Positions 12,092 to 23,087 of a stretch of DNA of 64,000 nucleotides are shown here, piece after piece (position 1 is the stretch's first letter; each line of letters starts with the position of its first letter). Below the pieces are notes generated by a model. It saw only the letters and a list, made by a program, of their open reading frames with translations, was not told where the DNA came from and did no database searches. The DNA comes from an uncultured Planctomycetaceae bacterium. Its GTDB lineage: Bacteria > Planctomycetota > Planctomycetia > Pirellulales > PALSA-1355. The position numbers were made by a program, and so were the translations under genes. The stretch covers positions 86,028-150,027 of the forward strand of contig OY970273.1 in the NCBI GenBank assembly GCA_963715755.1. The letters are read 5' to 3'.

Positions 12092-13210
12092 ATGAAAAAC
12101 GATCCAGTTCCGCCGGTCGACGAGACGATTCCGCCGATCCTGGCGGAGCCGACGCGCGGGTGGTTGTCGCGCGATCGGGCCTTGGCCCTGGTGCTGGTGC
12201 TCGCGACGCTGATCGCGGTGTACCTGTGCTATCTGCTGCTGCACCCATTCCTGTCGGCGATGGCCTGGGCGCTGGCGCTGGCGATTGTTTCGTATCCTTC
12301 CTACGAGCGGCTGGCCCGGCGGATCCGCAGCCGGAACATCGCGGCCGCGATCACGGTGGCGGTCGTGGCGCTGGTGATCATTGCGCCGACGGTGCTCTTG
12401 GCCCAGCAGTTATTGGGCCAGGTGGGCGAGGGGGTCGACTACGTCAAGCACCAGGTGCAGGAGTTGTCGCAGGAAGAGCTCGTCAAGCGACATCCCTGGC
12501 TCGATCCGGTGGTCAAGTGGATCGAGCGCTCGAACGCACCGAACGAGGACGTCAATCGGATCGCGACGACGATCAGCGCGCAGCTATCGTCGTTCGTCAG
12601 CGGATCCGTCTGGGCGCTGACGCAGGTGTTGATCACGCTGTACATCCTGTTCTACTTCATTCGCGACCAGCGCGAGGGGGTCGACTGGCTGCGGTCGCTG
12701 GTGCCGCTGTCGGACGGCGAGACGGACGAAGTGTTTGCCCGGGTGCAAGACACGATTTACGCCACGATCTACGGCAGCGTGATCGTGGCCCTGGTGCAGG
12801 GGGTGGTCGGCGGCGCGGTGTTCTGGGCGGTGAAGTTGCCGGCCCCGCTGCTGTGGGGCGCGCTGATTGCCGTGCTCGCCCTGGTGCCGATCCTGGGCCC
12901 GCTGGTGATCTTCATTCCGGCGGTGCTGCTGTTGGCGCTGCAGGAAGACTGGCCCAAGGCGATCGCCGTGGGCATTGGCGGCATCGTGATCGCCCTGATC
13001 GGCCACTTTCTCTACCCGTTCCTGGTCGGGCAGCGGTTGCGGTTGCACCCGGTATTGGTGTTTTTCGCCTTCTTGGGCGGGCTGGCCGTATTCGGCGCGG
13101 CGGGGCTGATCCTGGGGCCGGCGGTGCTGGCGCTGACCGAAGCCCTGGTCCACGTCTGGCAGCGGCGCACGGCCGCGGGCGGCCCGGCCGAAATCCGGCC
13201 CTCGCTGTAG
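12092..13210 (+). CDS. AI-2E family transporter (PerM/UPF0118)
   Basis: ATG 12092; 8-TM profile with conserved LVPILGPLVIFIPAVLLLAL and GGLAVFGAAGLILGP segments. Confidence 0.85.
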   Translation: MKNDPVPPVDETIPPILAEPTRGWLSRDRALALVLVLATLIAVYLCYLLLHPFLSAMAWALALAIVSYPSYERLARRIRSRNIAAAITVAVVALVIIAPTVLLAQQLLGQVGEGVDYVKHQVQELSQEELVKRHPWLDPVVKWIERSNAPNEDVNRIATTISAQLSSFVSGSVWALTQVLITLYILFYFIRDQREGVDWLRSLVPLSDGETDEVFARVQDTIYATIYGSVIVALVQGVVGGAVFWAVKLPAPLLWGALIAVLALVPILGPLVIFIPAVLLLALQEDWPKAIAVGIGGIVIALIGHFLYPFLVGQRLRLHPVLVFFAFLGGLAVFGAAGLILGPAVLALTEALVHVWQRRTAAGGPAEIRPSL

Positions 13211-13238
13211 CGCCATTCGTTGCCCGACGTGCCGGGCC

Positions 13239-13838
13239 CTAGCTGCCCGAAGCGGTGCGGGTTTCGGGCTCTTTCTCGAAGGCCGCCCGGCGATCGCCGT
13301 AACGCGCGGTGAAGTCTGTCGACCCTTTAAACACCCAGGCCGCGCTGCGGTAGAACGAGCCCTTCGACTGCATCCGGACGAATCCAAGCCATTTGCGGTC
13401 GGGCGCCAGGCCCATGTACATCCGCTCGGTGGGCTGGAAGTTCTCGAACAGGAAGTTGCGGGCCAAAGGCGCGGTGTGCAGCGTGGCCAGCGTGAAGCAC
13501 TGCATGGCAAAACCCACGATGCAGGCCATGAGAATGCCGCCGACCTGATCGATCGGCCGGCGGAATTTGACTTTGACCGTCGACAGCAGGTCGGTGACGC
13601 TGCGCATCAGGCCCAGGCTGGCGGCGAAGATCAGCCACAGGCAGAGAAAGTCCCATAAGTAGGTGTACGAAGGCTGTTGCCTGTCGAGAAAATTGGCCAG
13701 CGGCTCGAAATAGTTGAACGCGATCAGGCCGGCGGTGACCATGTTGATCAGCACCAGCGTGTTGGTCCACAGGCCGCCGTTGACGAGAAAGGCCACGCAG
13801 CCGAAGAAGATCAGCGTGAGGATGATCCAGAGGTACAC
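13239..13838 (-). CDS. 4-TM membrane protein (CvpA-like topology), last gene of the pilT operon
   Basis: four hydrophobic helices, starts 19 nt after the stop of the upstream GspE-like gene. Confidence 0.5.
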   Translation of the reverse strand: MYLWIILTLIFFGCVAFLVNGGLWTNTLVLINMVTAGLIAFNYFEPLANFLDRQQPSYTYLWDFLCLWLIFAASLGLMRSVTDLLSTVKVKFRRPIDQVGGILMACIVGFAMQCFTLATLHTAPLARNFLFENFQPTERMYMGLAPDRKWLGFVRMQSKGSFYRSAAWVFKGSTDFTARYGDRRAAFEKEPETRTASGS

Positions 13839-13857
13839 GGTCGGGCGCTCCTGGGAC

Positions 13858-15570
13858 TTATTGTTTGAGAACGCGGAGCAGTTCTTGCAGCGAAGTCACG
13901 CCGCGGGCAACCAACAGCAAGCCCTCTTCCTGCAAACTGCGGTGTTTCGACTTGCGGGCCGCGTCGCGCAGCGCGTCGAGCTTGGGCGTCGTGCCGAGCA
14001 CGCCGCGGATCCGGTCGTCGATCACCAGCAGTTCGAAAATTCCGGTGCGCCCCCGATAGCCGATGCCCTGGCAGGCCGAGCAAACGACCTCGGGATGCTT
14101 GGGATCGATGGGCTTGGTCGGGGGGCGATAAAAATGCTCGATCCGGCCCGGCGGCAGGCCCATCTGCTTGAGCACTTCGGCCGGGGGCGGATAGGCCTCC
14201 TTGCAGGTTTCGCACAGTTTGCGAACCAGGCGCACGTTGATCACCGCGGTTACGACGGCGGCAAAATCGGCCGGCGGAATCTTGAGCAGCAGCACGCGCA
14301 ACAGCGCCTCGACGGCTTCCTTGGCCCGGGTGCTGCTGATGGCCATCCGATCCTCGTTCGCGACCTGGTCGACCAGGATGCGAACCGTTTCCAATTCGAT
14401 CAGATCGCGGACGACCAGCACGTCGGGGTAAGTGCGGATCAGCTTGGGCAGCACGGAGGCGGGGGTCTCGCCGGCCGCGGCGTCGTAGGGAGTGATGGGC
14501 ACGTTCAGGATTTCGCGCTCGATGCTGTGCGCCTCTTCCACCGCGGCGAAATTGCGCATGAAGCGGTCGCTGGCGTTGAGCGCCACGTCGAACAGGGTCG
14601 AAAGCCCGCCGGCCGGCAGCGCCGAGAACAGAATGAAGCCCTTCTTCTGGTTCAGGGTTTCTTCCACCTGCTGGACCATCTTTTCCCGCATGCCAATTTC
14701 TTCGAGCGACTTGAAGGTGAGCTTCTTGCCCTCGAGCTGCAGGGCCACGCGTTCGCCGCCTTGCGTGCCTTGCGTGGTGATCTTGCAGACGTACTTGGTT
14801 TCCTTGACGTCCTGGGGCTTCTTGACTTCGACGCCGAACGCCCCCGACTGCTTGGCCCGGCGCTCGGCGGCATTCAGCGCGGCCAGGGTCTTCCAGACCG
14901 TCAAAATCGGGTCGCCCAATTGCACCCGGTCGATCGGCTGCTGATTGTGCCAGACGCCGTCGATCTGGTGCCGCACGGCCACGCTGGCCGCGCCAAAATC
15001 CAGCAGCAGGCTGTCGGCTCCGTGCTCCAGGGCGTCGAAGATGGTTTGCCGGGCCGGGATATAACCGGGGTTCTGGCGCACGGTGAGCAGATTGATGTTG
15101 TCCTCGCGCTCGCTCTTGGCGCCCATGGCCTTGAACTTCAGCGGCGGGCCTTGCTCGTCGACCCCGGCCGCCTCGGCCTGGACCTTCATGCCCAGCAGGA
15201 CGGCCTTGCCGGCGAACCAGCGGCGGAGGTGGGCCTTGGTCAGCACCTTTTCGGAGTATTCAACCTCTTTATTGCGCAGGTAGATGAATACCCCCAGCGG
15301 CGCGGCCCAAGCGGTCAGCTCCAGCGGAAACGTGAACCAGAAGGCCCAGGAGCCCGGGATGAGCCACACCAGCAGGAAGGCGGCCAGGAACGTGAAGAAG
15401 GTGATGTTGTTCCAGCGCGAATAGTCGGCCCGGCGGTTTTGCAGGTCCTGGTTGACCCAGTCCGTCGTGTAGACCCAGCCGACGAAGACCAGCCAGCAGG
15501 CGACGATCTTCCAGATGCTGAGATAGAAGCCCGAACCGCGCGCGAACGGCCCCAGTACGGGCGCCGGCAC
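13858..15570 (-). CDS. GspE/PilB-family secretion ATPase homolog with degenerate catalytic motifs and an N-terminal 3-TM domain (predicted pseudo-ATPase)
   Basis: GspE N2-like segment (VAVRHQIDGVWHN...ERVALQLEG) and C-terminal tetracysteine CETCK...CSACQG retained; Walker A reads FSALPAGGLST (Lys replaced), Walker B/Glu region reads YPDVLVVRDLIE, His-box reads NEDRMAISSTRA; residues 18-98 form three TM helices. Confidence 0.8.
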   Translation of the reverse strand: MPAPVLGPFARGSGFYLSIWKIVACWLVFVGWVYTTDWVNQDLQNRRADYSRWNNITFFTFLAAFLLVWLIPGSWAFWFTFPLELTAWAAPLGVFIYLRNKEVEYSEKVLTKAHLRRWFAGKAVLLGMKVQAEAAGVDEQGPPLKFKAMGAKSEREDNINLLTVRQNPGYIPARQTIFDALEHGADSLLLDFGAASVAVRHQIDGVWHNQQPIDRVQLGDPILTVWKTLAALNAAERRAKQSGAFGVEVKKPQDVKETKYVCKITTQGTQGGERVALQLEGKKLTFKSLEEIGMREKMVQQVEETLNQKKGFILFSALPAGGLSTLFDVALNASDRFMRNFAAVEEAHSIEREILNVPITPYDAAAGETPASVLPKLIRTYPDVLVVRDLIELETVRILVDQVANEDRMAISSTRAKEAVEALLRVLLLKIPPADFAAVVTAVINVRLVRKLCETCKEAYPPPAEVLKQMGLPPGRIEHFYRPPTKPIDPKHPEVVCSACQGIGYRGRTGIFELLVIDDRIRGVLGTTPKLDALRDAARKSKHRSLQEEGLLLVARGVTSLQELLRVLKQ

Positions 15571-15667
15571 GGGAACGGTGCTTGCCCCGGGGCTTGGGCC
15601 CAGAGCCCGAGCGGATCGAGGGCCAGGATCGCGGCCGCGCCCGCCAGCACTAACACGAAGCGCAGCA

Positions 15668-16876
15668 TCAGAGGATCCCGGGTTGCGAAACGGCGATGCC
15701 CTTGAGGGACATCTTCAAGGCTTCCACGTTCGGCGCCACCTCCAATGCGACCGCTCGATCGACCAGATCTTTTTTCACCAGGTCCGTCAGGCTCATGGTG
15801 AAATCCTGCATTCCTTCCCGCGCGGACATGCGGATCAGGTCGCCCAGCTTGACGTCCTGCTCCTCCAGAATCAACTTGCGCGTCATCGGCGTGAAGGTCA
15901 GCACCTCGACCGTCGGCACGCGCGAAACGCCCGGCTTGATCGAAGGCAGCAGCTTCTGGGCCACGATCCCCCGCATGTTGAAGGCCATGGCGCTGCGCAG
16001 GGCCGGATGCATGTCGGCCGGGAACAAGTCCAGGATACGCCCGATGGTGGTCGAAGCGCTGGAGGCGTGGATCGTGCCGAAGACCAGGTGACCCGTTTCG
16101 GCGGCGTGGATGGCGGTCATGAACGTTTCGCGGTCGCGCATTTCGCCGACCAGCATCACGTCGGGATCTTCGCGCACGGCGTGCTTCATGCCGATCTCGA
16201 AGTCCTTGACGTCCAGGCCGATCTCGCGCTGATTGACCAGGCACTTGTCGTCGGTGAAGACGAATTCGATCGGGTCCTCGAGCGTCAGGATGTGCTTGCG
16301 GTAGTTGGCGTTGATCCAGTTGAGCATCGAGGCGATCGTCGTGCTCTTGCCGGAGCCGGTCACGCCGGCCAGTAGGATCATGCCCTGGTCGAACTTGCAC
16401 AGGTCTTCCATGATCGGGGGCAGATACAGCCCGGCGAAGTCGGGGACGAAGTTGTTCACCCGCCGGGCGACCATGCCGACGTGCCCCAGCTGTTGCAGCA
16501 GGTTGACGCGGAAACGCCAGTTTTTGCCCTCGAACTCCATGGCGAAGGCGAAGTCCGCGCCGCCGTTCTGATCGAAAATGCGGCGGTTGCGCTCGTCCAT
16601 CATCGGAAAGCAAAGTTCGACCATCTCGGCGTCGTCGATCGGTCCGCGGTTCATCGGCCGCAGGCTGCCTTTGACGCGCACGAACGGCGGCTTGCCCACC
16701 TTCAGGTGCAGGTCGCTGCCGGACAGCTTGATCGTCGCTCGAAACAGCTTTTCGATTTCCAGTTCGGGACGTTTTTCGGTATAGCGCGCGGCCAGCGCGT
16801 CTTTGGCCGCTTGCGCACTGGGAGCAGGCGCGGCGGTTGCCTGTTTGACGATTTCGTCTTCCACACTGCTATCCAT
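15668..16876 (-). CDS. pilT: type IV pilus retraction ATPase PilT (intact motifs)
   Basis: GVTGSGKSTT Walker A, LEDPIEF, DPDVMLVGEMRD, TGHLVFGTIHA His-box; ATG 16876 preceded by GGAGAAGG. Confidence 0.9.
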   Translation of the reverse strand: MDSSVEDEIVKQATAAPAPSAQAAKDALAARYTEKRPELEIEKLFRATIKLSGSDLHLKVGKPPFVRVKGSLRPMNRGPIDDAEMVELCFPMMDERNRRIFDQNGGADFAFAMEFEGKNWRFRVNLLQQLGHVGMVARRVNNFVPDFAGLYLPPIMEDLCKFDQGMILLAGVTGSGKSTTIASMLNWINANYRKHILTLEDPIEFVFTDDKCLVNQREIGLDVKDFEIGMKHAVREDPDVMLVGEMRDRETFMTAIHAAETGHLVFGTIHASSASTTIGRILDLFPADMHPALRSAMAFNMRGIVAQKLLPSIKPGVSRVPTVEVLTFTPMTRKLILEEQDVKLGDLIRMSAREGMQDFTMSLTDLVKKDLVDRAVALEVAPNVEALKMSLKGIAVSQPGIL

Positions 16877-16949
16877 GGCTGCCTTCTCCCGCTCTCGAAT
16901 CACTCAGACGCACGCACGCATAATTTTCGCCTGGTCCGGATTTGCGCGT

Positions 16950-17723
<774 letters not shown>

Positions 17724-18040
17724 CGGGTCAAGCCGCCGCGGAACTACGAAAAAGAGACTGCCCTCCGGCCGCGCCCCGTCTGCGGTGGCCGGAAATCGGG
17801 CTATATGGCTTCACTCTATGTTGCCTGGGCTAGCTGGTCAACCGACCAAGGGCGGGGGCCCAGCGCCTCGCGTTCCGTTCCTGCTAAGGCGCCAGCCTGG
17901 TGGCACTGCCGCACGTCTCGGCCGGCAATTTCCAGCTTCGCGGATGTTTTGTTTGGCGCAAGCGACGCGATGTGGCCCAAGGCAGTCGGCTGTTCCAGCG
18001 TGAGACAAGTGTTCGGTCATTTAGCCGAATGTCCCATTAC

Positions 18041-18200
18041 ATCTGCGCGTATCTGCGTCCATCCCGTTTATCTGCGTCGATTGAAACTGGTCCGGCTACA
18101 AGCGCGATCGAGCGGTCTGAATTTGGACGGCCCTGCCAAGCGTGAATCCGCGACGATCGAAAAACGCAGATGAACGGGATGGACGCAGATTTTCGCAGAT
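18041..18200. repeat. imperfect inverted repeat: two 36-bp arms (4 mismatches) built from ATCTGCG motifs, 86-bp spacer
   Basis: arm1 18041-18076 atctgcgcgtatctgcgtccatcccgtttatctgcg; reverse complement of 18165-18200 is atctgcgaaaatctgcgtccatcccgttcatctgcg; between hisF 5' end and dinG-like 3' end; local G+C lower. Confidence 0.6.
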
Positions 18201-18267
18201 AGGCGAGCCGGGAAGTTCAAGTTCGCGGTGCCGAGCGCCGTGAGTGACCAATGAGCGGACACCGCCG

Positions 18268-20271
18268 CTACAACTCGAGTTGCTCGGCATCGAATTGATC
18301 TTCATCCGCCGATTCGGTCGAGAGCCGGCAGTCGGGCAGGCTTTCCAGGAATGAGCGGCCGTAGGGCTTGCTGCGCATCCGCGGATCGAGAATCACCACC
18401 AGGCCCCGGTCCCGGGCCGAGCGGATCAGCCGGCCGAAGCCCTGCTTGAGCTTCAGGATCGCCTCGGGCAATTGATAATCGGCAAACGGATTGCCCCCCG
18501 CGGCCCGGATCGCCTCGAGCCGGGCTTCGAGCAGCGGCCGGTCGGGCACGCTGAACGGCAGCTTCGTGATGATCACGTTCTGCAGGGCGTCGCCCGGCAC
18601 GTCCACGCCCTGCCAGAAACTGTCGGTGCCCATCAGCACGCCGCGCGGGTTGGCCTTGAAACGCTCGATCATCGTGCTGCGGGGCACGCCGTCGGCCTGG
18701 CAGTACAGCGCCAGATCGCGCTCGGCCAGCCAACCGGTCAGGCCCGCCGCCACGCGGCGCATCATCTCGTAACTGGTAAACAGCACGAACGCGTGCCCGT
18801 CGGTGCGGCCGGCAAATCGCTCGATCATGTCGATCGTGCGCCGCTGGTAGCGCTGGGTGTCCGAAGGGTCGGGCATGCCGTCGACCAGGATCAACTCGAC
18901 CTGCCGGGCGTAGTCGAAAGGGCTGCCCCAGCGGCGGGCCGTGGCCTGCGTCAGGCCGACCCGGCTCTTGAAGAAATCAAACGAGCCCTGGCGGCCGACG
19001 GTCAGTGTGGCGCTGGTCATAATCACGCTGGGCACCTTGCCGAACAGCTCCTTGCGGAGGGCCGGCCCCACGTCGAGCGGCGCCGCGGCCAGCGTCATGC
19101 GCAACCGGCCGCGCCGGCTGCGCGACGCATCGGCCCAGTAGACGGTGTCGGGCATCTGCTGCGTGCGCCAGGCTTCGAGCTCGGCGGCGAGCCCGGACAG
19201 CCGGTCGGCCGCCGAGATGAGATCCTGGCGCTCGATTTCGCCCAGCTTGCTGGCCGCCGAGCGCAGCAAGCCGGACAGATTCGCCAGGCCCGGGCTGAGC
19301 CGGTTCAGCCCGACGACCGTGCCCGGCGCCCGGGCGCTGGCCTTGCCCTGCCGGGCCAGCCAGGCGTGGGCGTCGGCGAAGAACTCTTCGGCCAGGTGCC
19401 GGCAATGATCGACGCTCCGCTGGGCATCGCCGAGGTGGTGATGGACCAGCAAGCCGCGATTGGTGCGGTCGTTGTAGAGCTTGGAGAGCAGGTAATCGAC
19501 CTGGCCGCTCGAGGCGCTGGCGCCCAGGTGATCGCTGGCCACGGCTTCGAGCGTATGGGCTTCGTCGAAGATCACGGCCCCGTAGTCGGGCAGAATGCTC
19601 ACGCCCTCGCGGCGCAGGGCCAGATCGCTGAAGAACAGGGCATGGTTGACGACCAGCAGCTGGGCGTGCTGCACGCGGCGCCGGGCCGAGTAGTAGAAGC
19701 ATTCCTTGTAGGTCGGACATTTGCGCCCCAGGCAGTTGCCGCTGTCGCTTTGCACTTCGTCCCAGACGGTCGAGAGCGGCTGATGCTCCAGGTCCGTCAG
19801 CGAGCCGTCCTGGGTGTTGCGCGACCAATCGATCACGTCGGCCAGATCGGCAAATTCTTCTTCGCGGTGGAACAGGCTGGCCGCCCGCTCGGCGGCGCCC
19901 TGCATGCGTCGCAAGCTGACATAGTTGTGCCGCCCCTTGACCAGCACGGCCGTGAACTCGCAAGGCATCACGCTGCGCAGCAAGGGTAAGTCCTTGTGGA
20001 TCAGCTGTTCCTGCAGGCTGATCGTATGCGTCGAGATGACGATCCGCTTGGGCAGGGCTTCGCTCGACTCGGCCACCGCCAGGATGGCAGGCACGAGGTA
20101 GGCAAAACTCTTGCCCACGCCGGTACCGGCCTCGGCGATCAGGTGCTGGTGTCCGTTGAGCGCGGCGGCGACCGCATCGGCCATTTCGAGCTGTTCGCGG
20201 CGCTGCTCGTAGTGGTCGAGCCGGGCGGCAATCCGGCCGGTGGGTCCCAGAATTTCGGCGGGCGTGAGCAT
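18268..20271 (-). CDS. DinG/Rad3-family ATP-dependent DNA helicase
   Basis: [16 protein letters not shown] Walker A, DEAHTLE box, Cys cluster region; ATG at 20271 ([10 protein letters not shown]). Confidence 0.8.
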   Translation of the reverse strand: MLTPAEILGPTGRIAARLDHYEQRREQLEMADAVAAALNGHQHLIAEAGTGVGKSFAYLVPAILAVAESSEALPKRIVISTHTISLQEQLIHKDLPLLRSVMPCEFTAVLVKGRHNYVSLRRMQGAAERAASLFHREEEFADLADVIDWSRNTQDGSLTDLEHQPLSTVWDEVQSDSGNCLGRKCPTYKECFYYSARRRVQHAQLLVVNHALFFSDLALRREGVSILPDYGAVIFDEAHTLEAVASDHLGASASSGQVDYLLSKLYNDRTNRGLLVHHHLGDAQRSVDHCRHLAEEFFADAHAWLARQGKASARAPGTVVGLNRLSPGLANLSGLLRSAASKLGEIERQDLISAADRLSGLAAELEAWRTQQMPDTVYWADASRSRRGRLRMTLAAAPLDVGPALRKELFGKVPSVIMTSATLTVGRQGSFDFFKSRVGLTQATARRWGSPFDYARQVELILVDGMPDPSDTQRYQRRTIDMIERFAGRTDGHAFVLFTSYEMMRRVAAGLTGWLAERDLALYCQADGVPRSTMIERFKANPRGVLMGTDSFWQGVDVPGDALQNVIITKLPFSVPDRPLLEARLEAIRAAGGNPFADYQLPEAILKLKQGFGRLIRSARDRGLVVILDPRMRSKPYGRSFLESLPDCRLSTESADEDQFDAEQLEL

Positions 20272-20584
20272 GGGGCGGAAGTGTTGCGAAGAGTGAGCCG
20301 CTGGCGTCAAGGTAACATATGCAAGGCCAAAGGCAGACGGCAAAACGCGGAACGACCCGGGCAGAAGGCAGCAGGATGAGACCATCCGAATAACCGGCGG
20401 ACAACGTGCCGCCGGGCGGACGCCGCGCGACGTGGCGATTCGCGCCGCGCGGAAACGGCAAGCCCGCGGGCGTGTGTTTTGCCGTGGGGTCTGCTATTCT
20501 GCCTCGGGCAGCCGGGACACCGGACCGAGAGCCCGCTAAGAAAAACGCGCCGCCGCAGGCGCCCGCCGCACCGCGAGAGAATCT

Positions 20585-21625
20585 ATGCCGATTGAGTTCC
20601 GCTGTACCAAGTGCAGCAAGTTATTGCGCACACCCGACGAAACGGGGGGCAAACAAGCTCGCTGCCCCCAGTGCGGCACGATTCTGGCCATTCCGGTGCC
20701 CGCTGCGGCGCCGGCGACGCCGGCTCCGTCGCCCCCAACTCCCGCTCCCGCGGGTCTGTCCCGTGCTGCGCTGGCGCCGGCCAGTGCGAACCCGTATCAG
20801 TCGTCGACCGTCACGTCGCCGTCAGCCGGTGTGACGCCCGCCGCGGGGTACGGCAAGCTGGACGTCAGCGATGCATTTGCGCGGGCCTGGGCGATCTTCA
20901 AGCCGAACATCGGGCGTTGCATCGGCATCGTGCTGTTGTTTTACCTGTGCTACATGGGATTGTTTCTGCTATTTGGAGCCGCGATCGGCTTTGTCAGTTT
21001 CGCCGTGCGGCCCGGCGCCGGGGGCAATGCCGGCGGAGGCCTGCCGGCGATCTTTGCGGTGGCCGGAGCGTTGTACGTGGTGGCGCTATTGGCGAACATG
21101 TGGTTTTTGGCCGGGCAGACCAATTTCTTTTTGAAGGTGGCGCGGGGCGACAGGGATGCCTCGGTCTCGCTGCTGTTCGGCGGCAGTCGTTGGTTTCTGA
21201 CGGTCTGCGGGGCCGGAATCCTGGTGGCTCTGGCGATTTCCCTCGGTTGGATCCTCTGTATCGTGCCGGGCATCATCGTCGGGCTGATGTTTTCGCAATT
21301 CCTGTTTTCGATCGTCGACCGCGATCTGGGCGTGCTCGAATCGTTGAGCGAATCGCGCCGCATCACGTCGGGCAACAAAGGCATGCTGTTCGTCACATTT
21401 CTGATTCCATCGGTAATCATGATGGCCGCCAGCATCGCGCCCAATCTGGCCCTGCGGCCGCTGCTCGCAGACCACCCGTTTTTCATCATGGGCATTCAAT
21501 TCGGGATCCAGATGGTCGCCACCGTCACGGTATTGCCTTGGTTCTGGGTGTTACTGGCGACGTGCTACCTGATCATGTCGGGGCAGCCCACCGCGGACCG
21601 GAGCTCGAACCAAACATTCGGCTAG
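20585..21625 (+). CDS. membrane protein with N-terminal zinc ribbon and Pro/Ala-rich linker
   Basis: CTKCSKL...CPQCGT zinc ribbon, PAPSPPTPAP linker, 5-6 TM helices. Confidence 0.6.
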   Translation: MPIEFRCTKCSKLLRTPDETGGKQARCPQCGTILAIPVPAAAPATPAPSPPTPAPAGLSRAALAPASANPYQSSTVTSPSAGVTPAAGYGKLDVSDAFARAWAIFKPNIGRCIGIVLLFYLCYMGLFLLFGAAIGFVSFAVRPGAGGNAGGGLPAIFAVAGALYVVALLANMWFLAGQTNFFLKVARGDRDASVSLLFGGSRWFLTVCGAGILVALAISLGWILCIVPGIIVGLMFSQFLFSIVDRDLGVLESLSESRRITSGNKGMLFVTFLIPSVIMMAASIAPNLALRPLLADHPFFIMGIQFGIQMVATVTVLPWFWVLLATCYLIMSGQPTADRSSNQTFG

Positions 21626-21717
21626 TGAACCGGGTTGGCGTCCAGGCGATTGAACGCTGCCGGTGGGCCTGGGCGAGTGAATGACCGGCCCGTTTTCGCC
21701 CCTTCGGGGCGAAGCCG

Positions 21718-22560
21718 CTACCGCCCCTTCGGGGCGATCAGGTCCGTTTCCGGACTGCTGGCCGTGGCATAGAGCTTCTTGGGAATCCGGCCGGCCAGCC
21801 AGGCCAGGCGCCCGGCCGTGATCCCGGCTTTCATGGCCAGGGCCATGGACAGCGGATCGCCGGCGTGGGCAATGCCCGTGTTGAGCAGCACGCCGTCGAC
21901 CCCCAACTCCATGGCTGCGGTGACGTCGCTGGCCGTGCCCACCCCCGCATCGACGATGACCGGATAGTCCGGATCGCCGTCCTTGAGGTACTCGAGGCAG
22001 ATGCGGATGTTGTTGGGGTTGAGGATTCCCTGGCCCGAGCCGATCGGGCTGCCGGCCGGCATGACGCTGGCGGCGCCGGCTTGTTTGAGCCGCCGGGCGA
22101 CGATCGGATCGTCGCTCGTGTAGCACAGGACCTGGAAACCTTCGGCCACGAGTTTCTCGGTGGCGGCGATCGTGGCGACGGGGTCAGGCAGCAGAGTCTT
22201 GGTGTCGGCCAGCACCTCGAGCTTGACCCAGTCGGCGCCGGGATTTTCCAGGCCGAGCAGAATTTCGCGTCCCAGCCGGGCCACGCGAATTGCGTCGTCG
22301 GCCGAAAAGCAGCCGGCCGTGTTGGGCAGCAGCGTGTAACGGCTGGTGTCGAGGTAGTCCAGGATGTTCTGCCCCTGGGCGTTGACCAGGCGCTCGCGGC
22401 GGACGGCCACGGTGATGCAATCGGTGCCGCTCAGCGCAAGCGCCTCGGCCATCAGCTCGTAGCTGGCGTATTTGCCCGTGCCTACGATCAGCCGGCTGGC
22501 CAGCGTATGCGTGCCGATTTGCAGCTTGTCGCCCACTTGCACGTCCGTCGCCACGCTCAT
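21718..22560 (-). CDS. thiG: thiazole synthase ThiG
   Basis: ATG 22560 preceded by GGAGGAGG; [19 protein letters not shown]...[13 protein letters not shown]...[13 protein letters not shown] conserved ThiG core; overlaps thiS stop (ATGA). Confidence 0.9.
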   Translation of the reverse strand: MSVATDVQVGDKLQIGTHTLASRLIVGTGKYASYELMAEALALSGTDCITVAVRRERLVNAQGQNILDYLDTSRYTLLPNTAGCFSADDAIRVARLGREILLGLENPGADWVKLEVLADTKTLLPDPVATIAATEKLVAEGFQVLCYTSDDPIVARRLKQAGAASVMPAGSPIGSGQGILNPNNIRICLEYLKDGDPDYPVIVDAGVGTASDVTAAMELGVDGVLLNTGIAHAGDPLSMALAMKAGITAGRLAWLAGRIPKKLYATASSPETDLIAPKGR

Positions 22561-22763
22561 CCTCCTCCGACCAGCGTCACCACTTCGACCTTGTCCCCTG
22601 GTGCGAGCTCGTGCTGGGCATGCCGGGCACGGGGCACCAATTCCAAATTCACTTCGACGGCCACTTGCCGCGCGTCGAGCTCGAGCTCGGCCAGCAGCGC
22701 GGCCACACTGGTGCCTGGGCACGCTTCACAGGGCTTGCCGTTGACCGAGATTTCCACGCCCAT
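22557..22763 (-). CDS. thiS: sulfur carrier protein ThiS
   Basis: 68 aa [13 protein letters not shown]... ending in GG; translationally coupled to thiG. Confidence 0.75.
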   Translation of the reverse strand: MGVEISVNGKPCEACPGTSVAALLAELELDARQVAVEVNLELVPRARHAQHELAPGDKVEVVTLVGGG

Positions 22764-23087
22764 TCGCCAGCCGCAGGTTTGAAAACAGTTGCCGAGCCCC
22801 GGCATTGTAGAAGTGCCCTGCGCGGCCGGTCAAGGATCGACTAAATGTCGGCCGGGCCGGTGTGATCTAACGCGATCCTGGCAAAGTGTGCTCCCGGAGG
22901 CGTGATCCGCACATCGCCGGCACGACGAGAACGGCGGAGATCCTCGTGCCCGCCGCGTGCCGGATTCGATGCCGAGCCGGGAAAAGCTTACAATGGCTGG
23001 AGCGAATAGCTGCTGGGGACCGGCCGCTGTCGGATGCCGGCCGGTTACGCGACCCCCGCTGCCGGCTGCCTGAGCGTCAAGCGATCT

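Noticed and set aside
18268-20271. DinG-like helicase as part of a phage-defence system
   Set aside because: No adjacent nuclease, methylase or other defence-associated partner; flanked by hisF and a membrane protein, so treated as a housekeeping helicase.
22764-23033. TPP (THI-box) riboswitch upstream of thiS
   Set aside because: Looked on the minus strand for the CTGAGA and ACCTGATC..GGATAATGCC..AGGGA cores; not found, so no riboswitch call.
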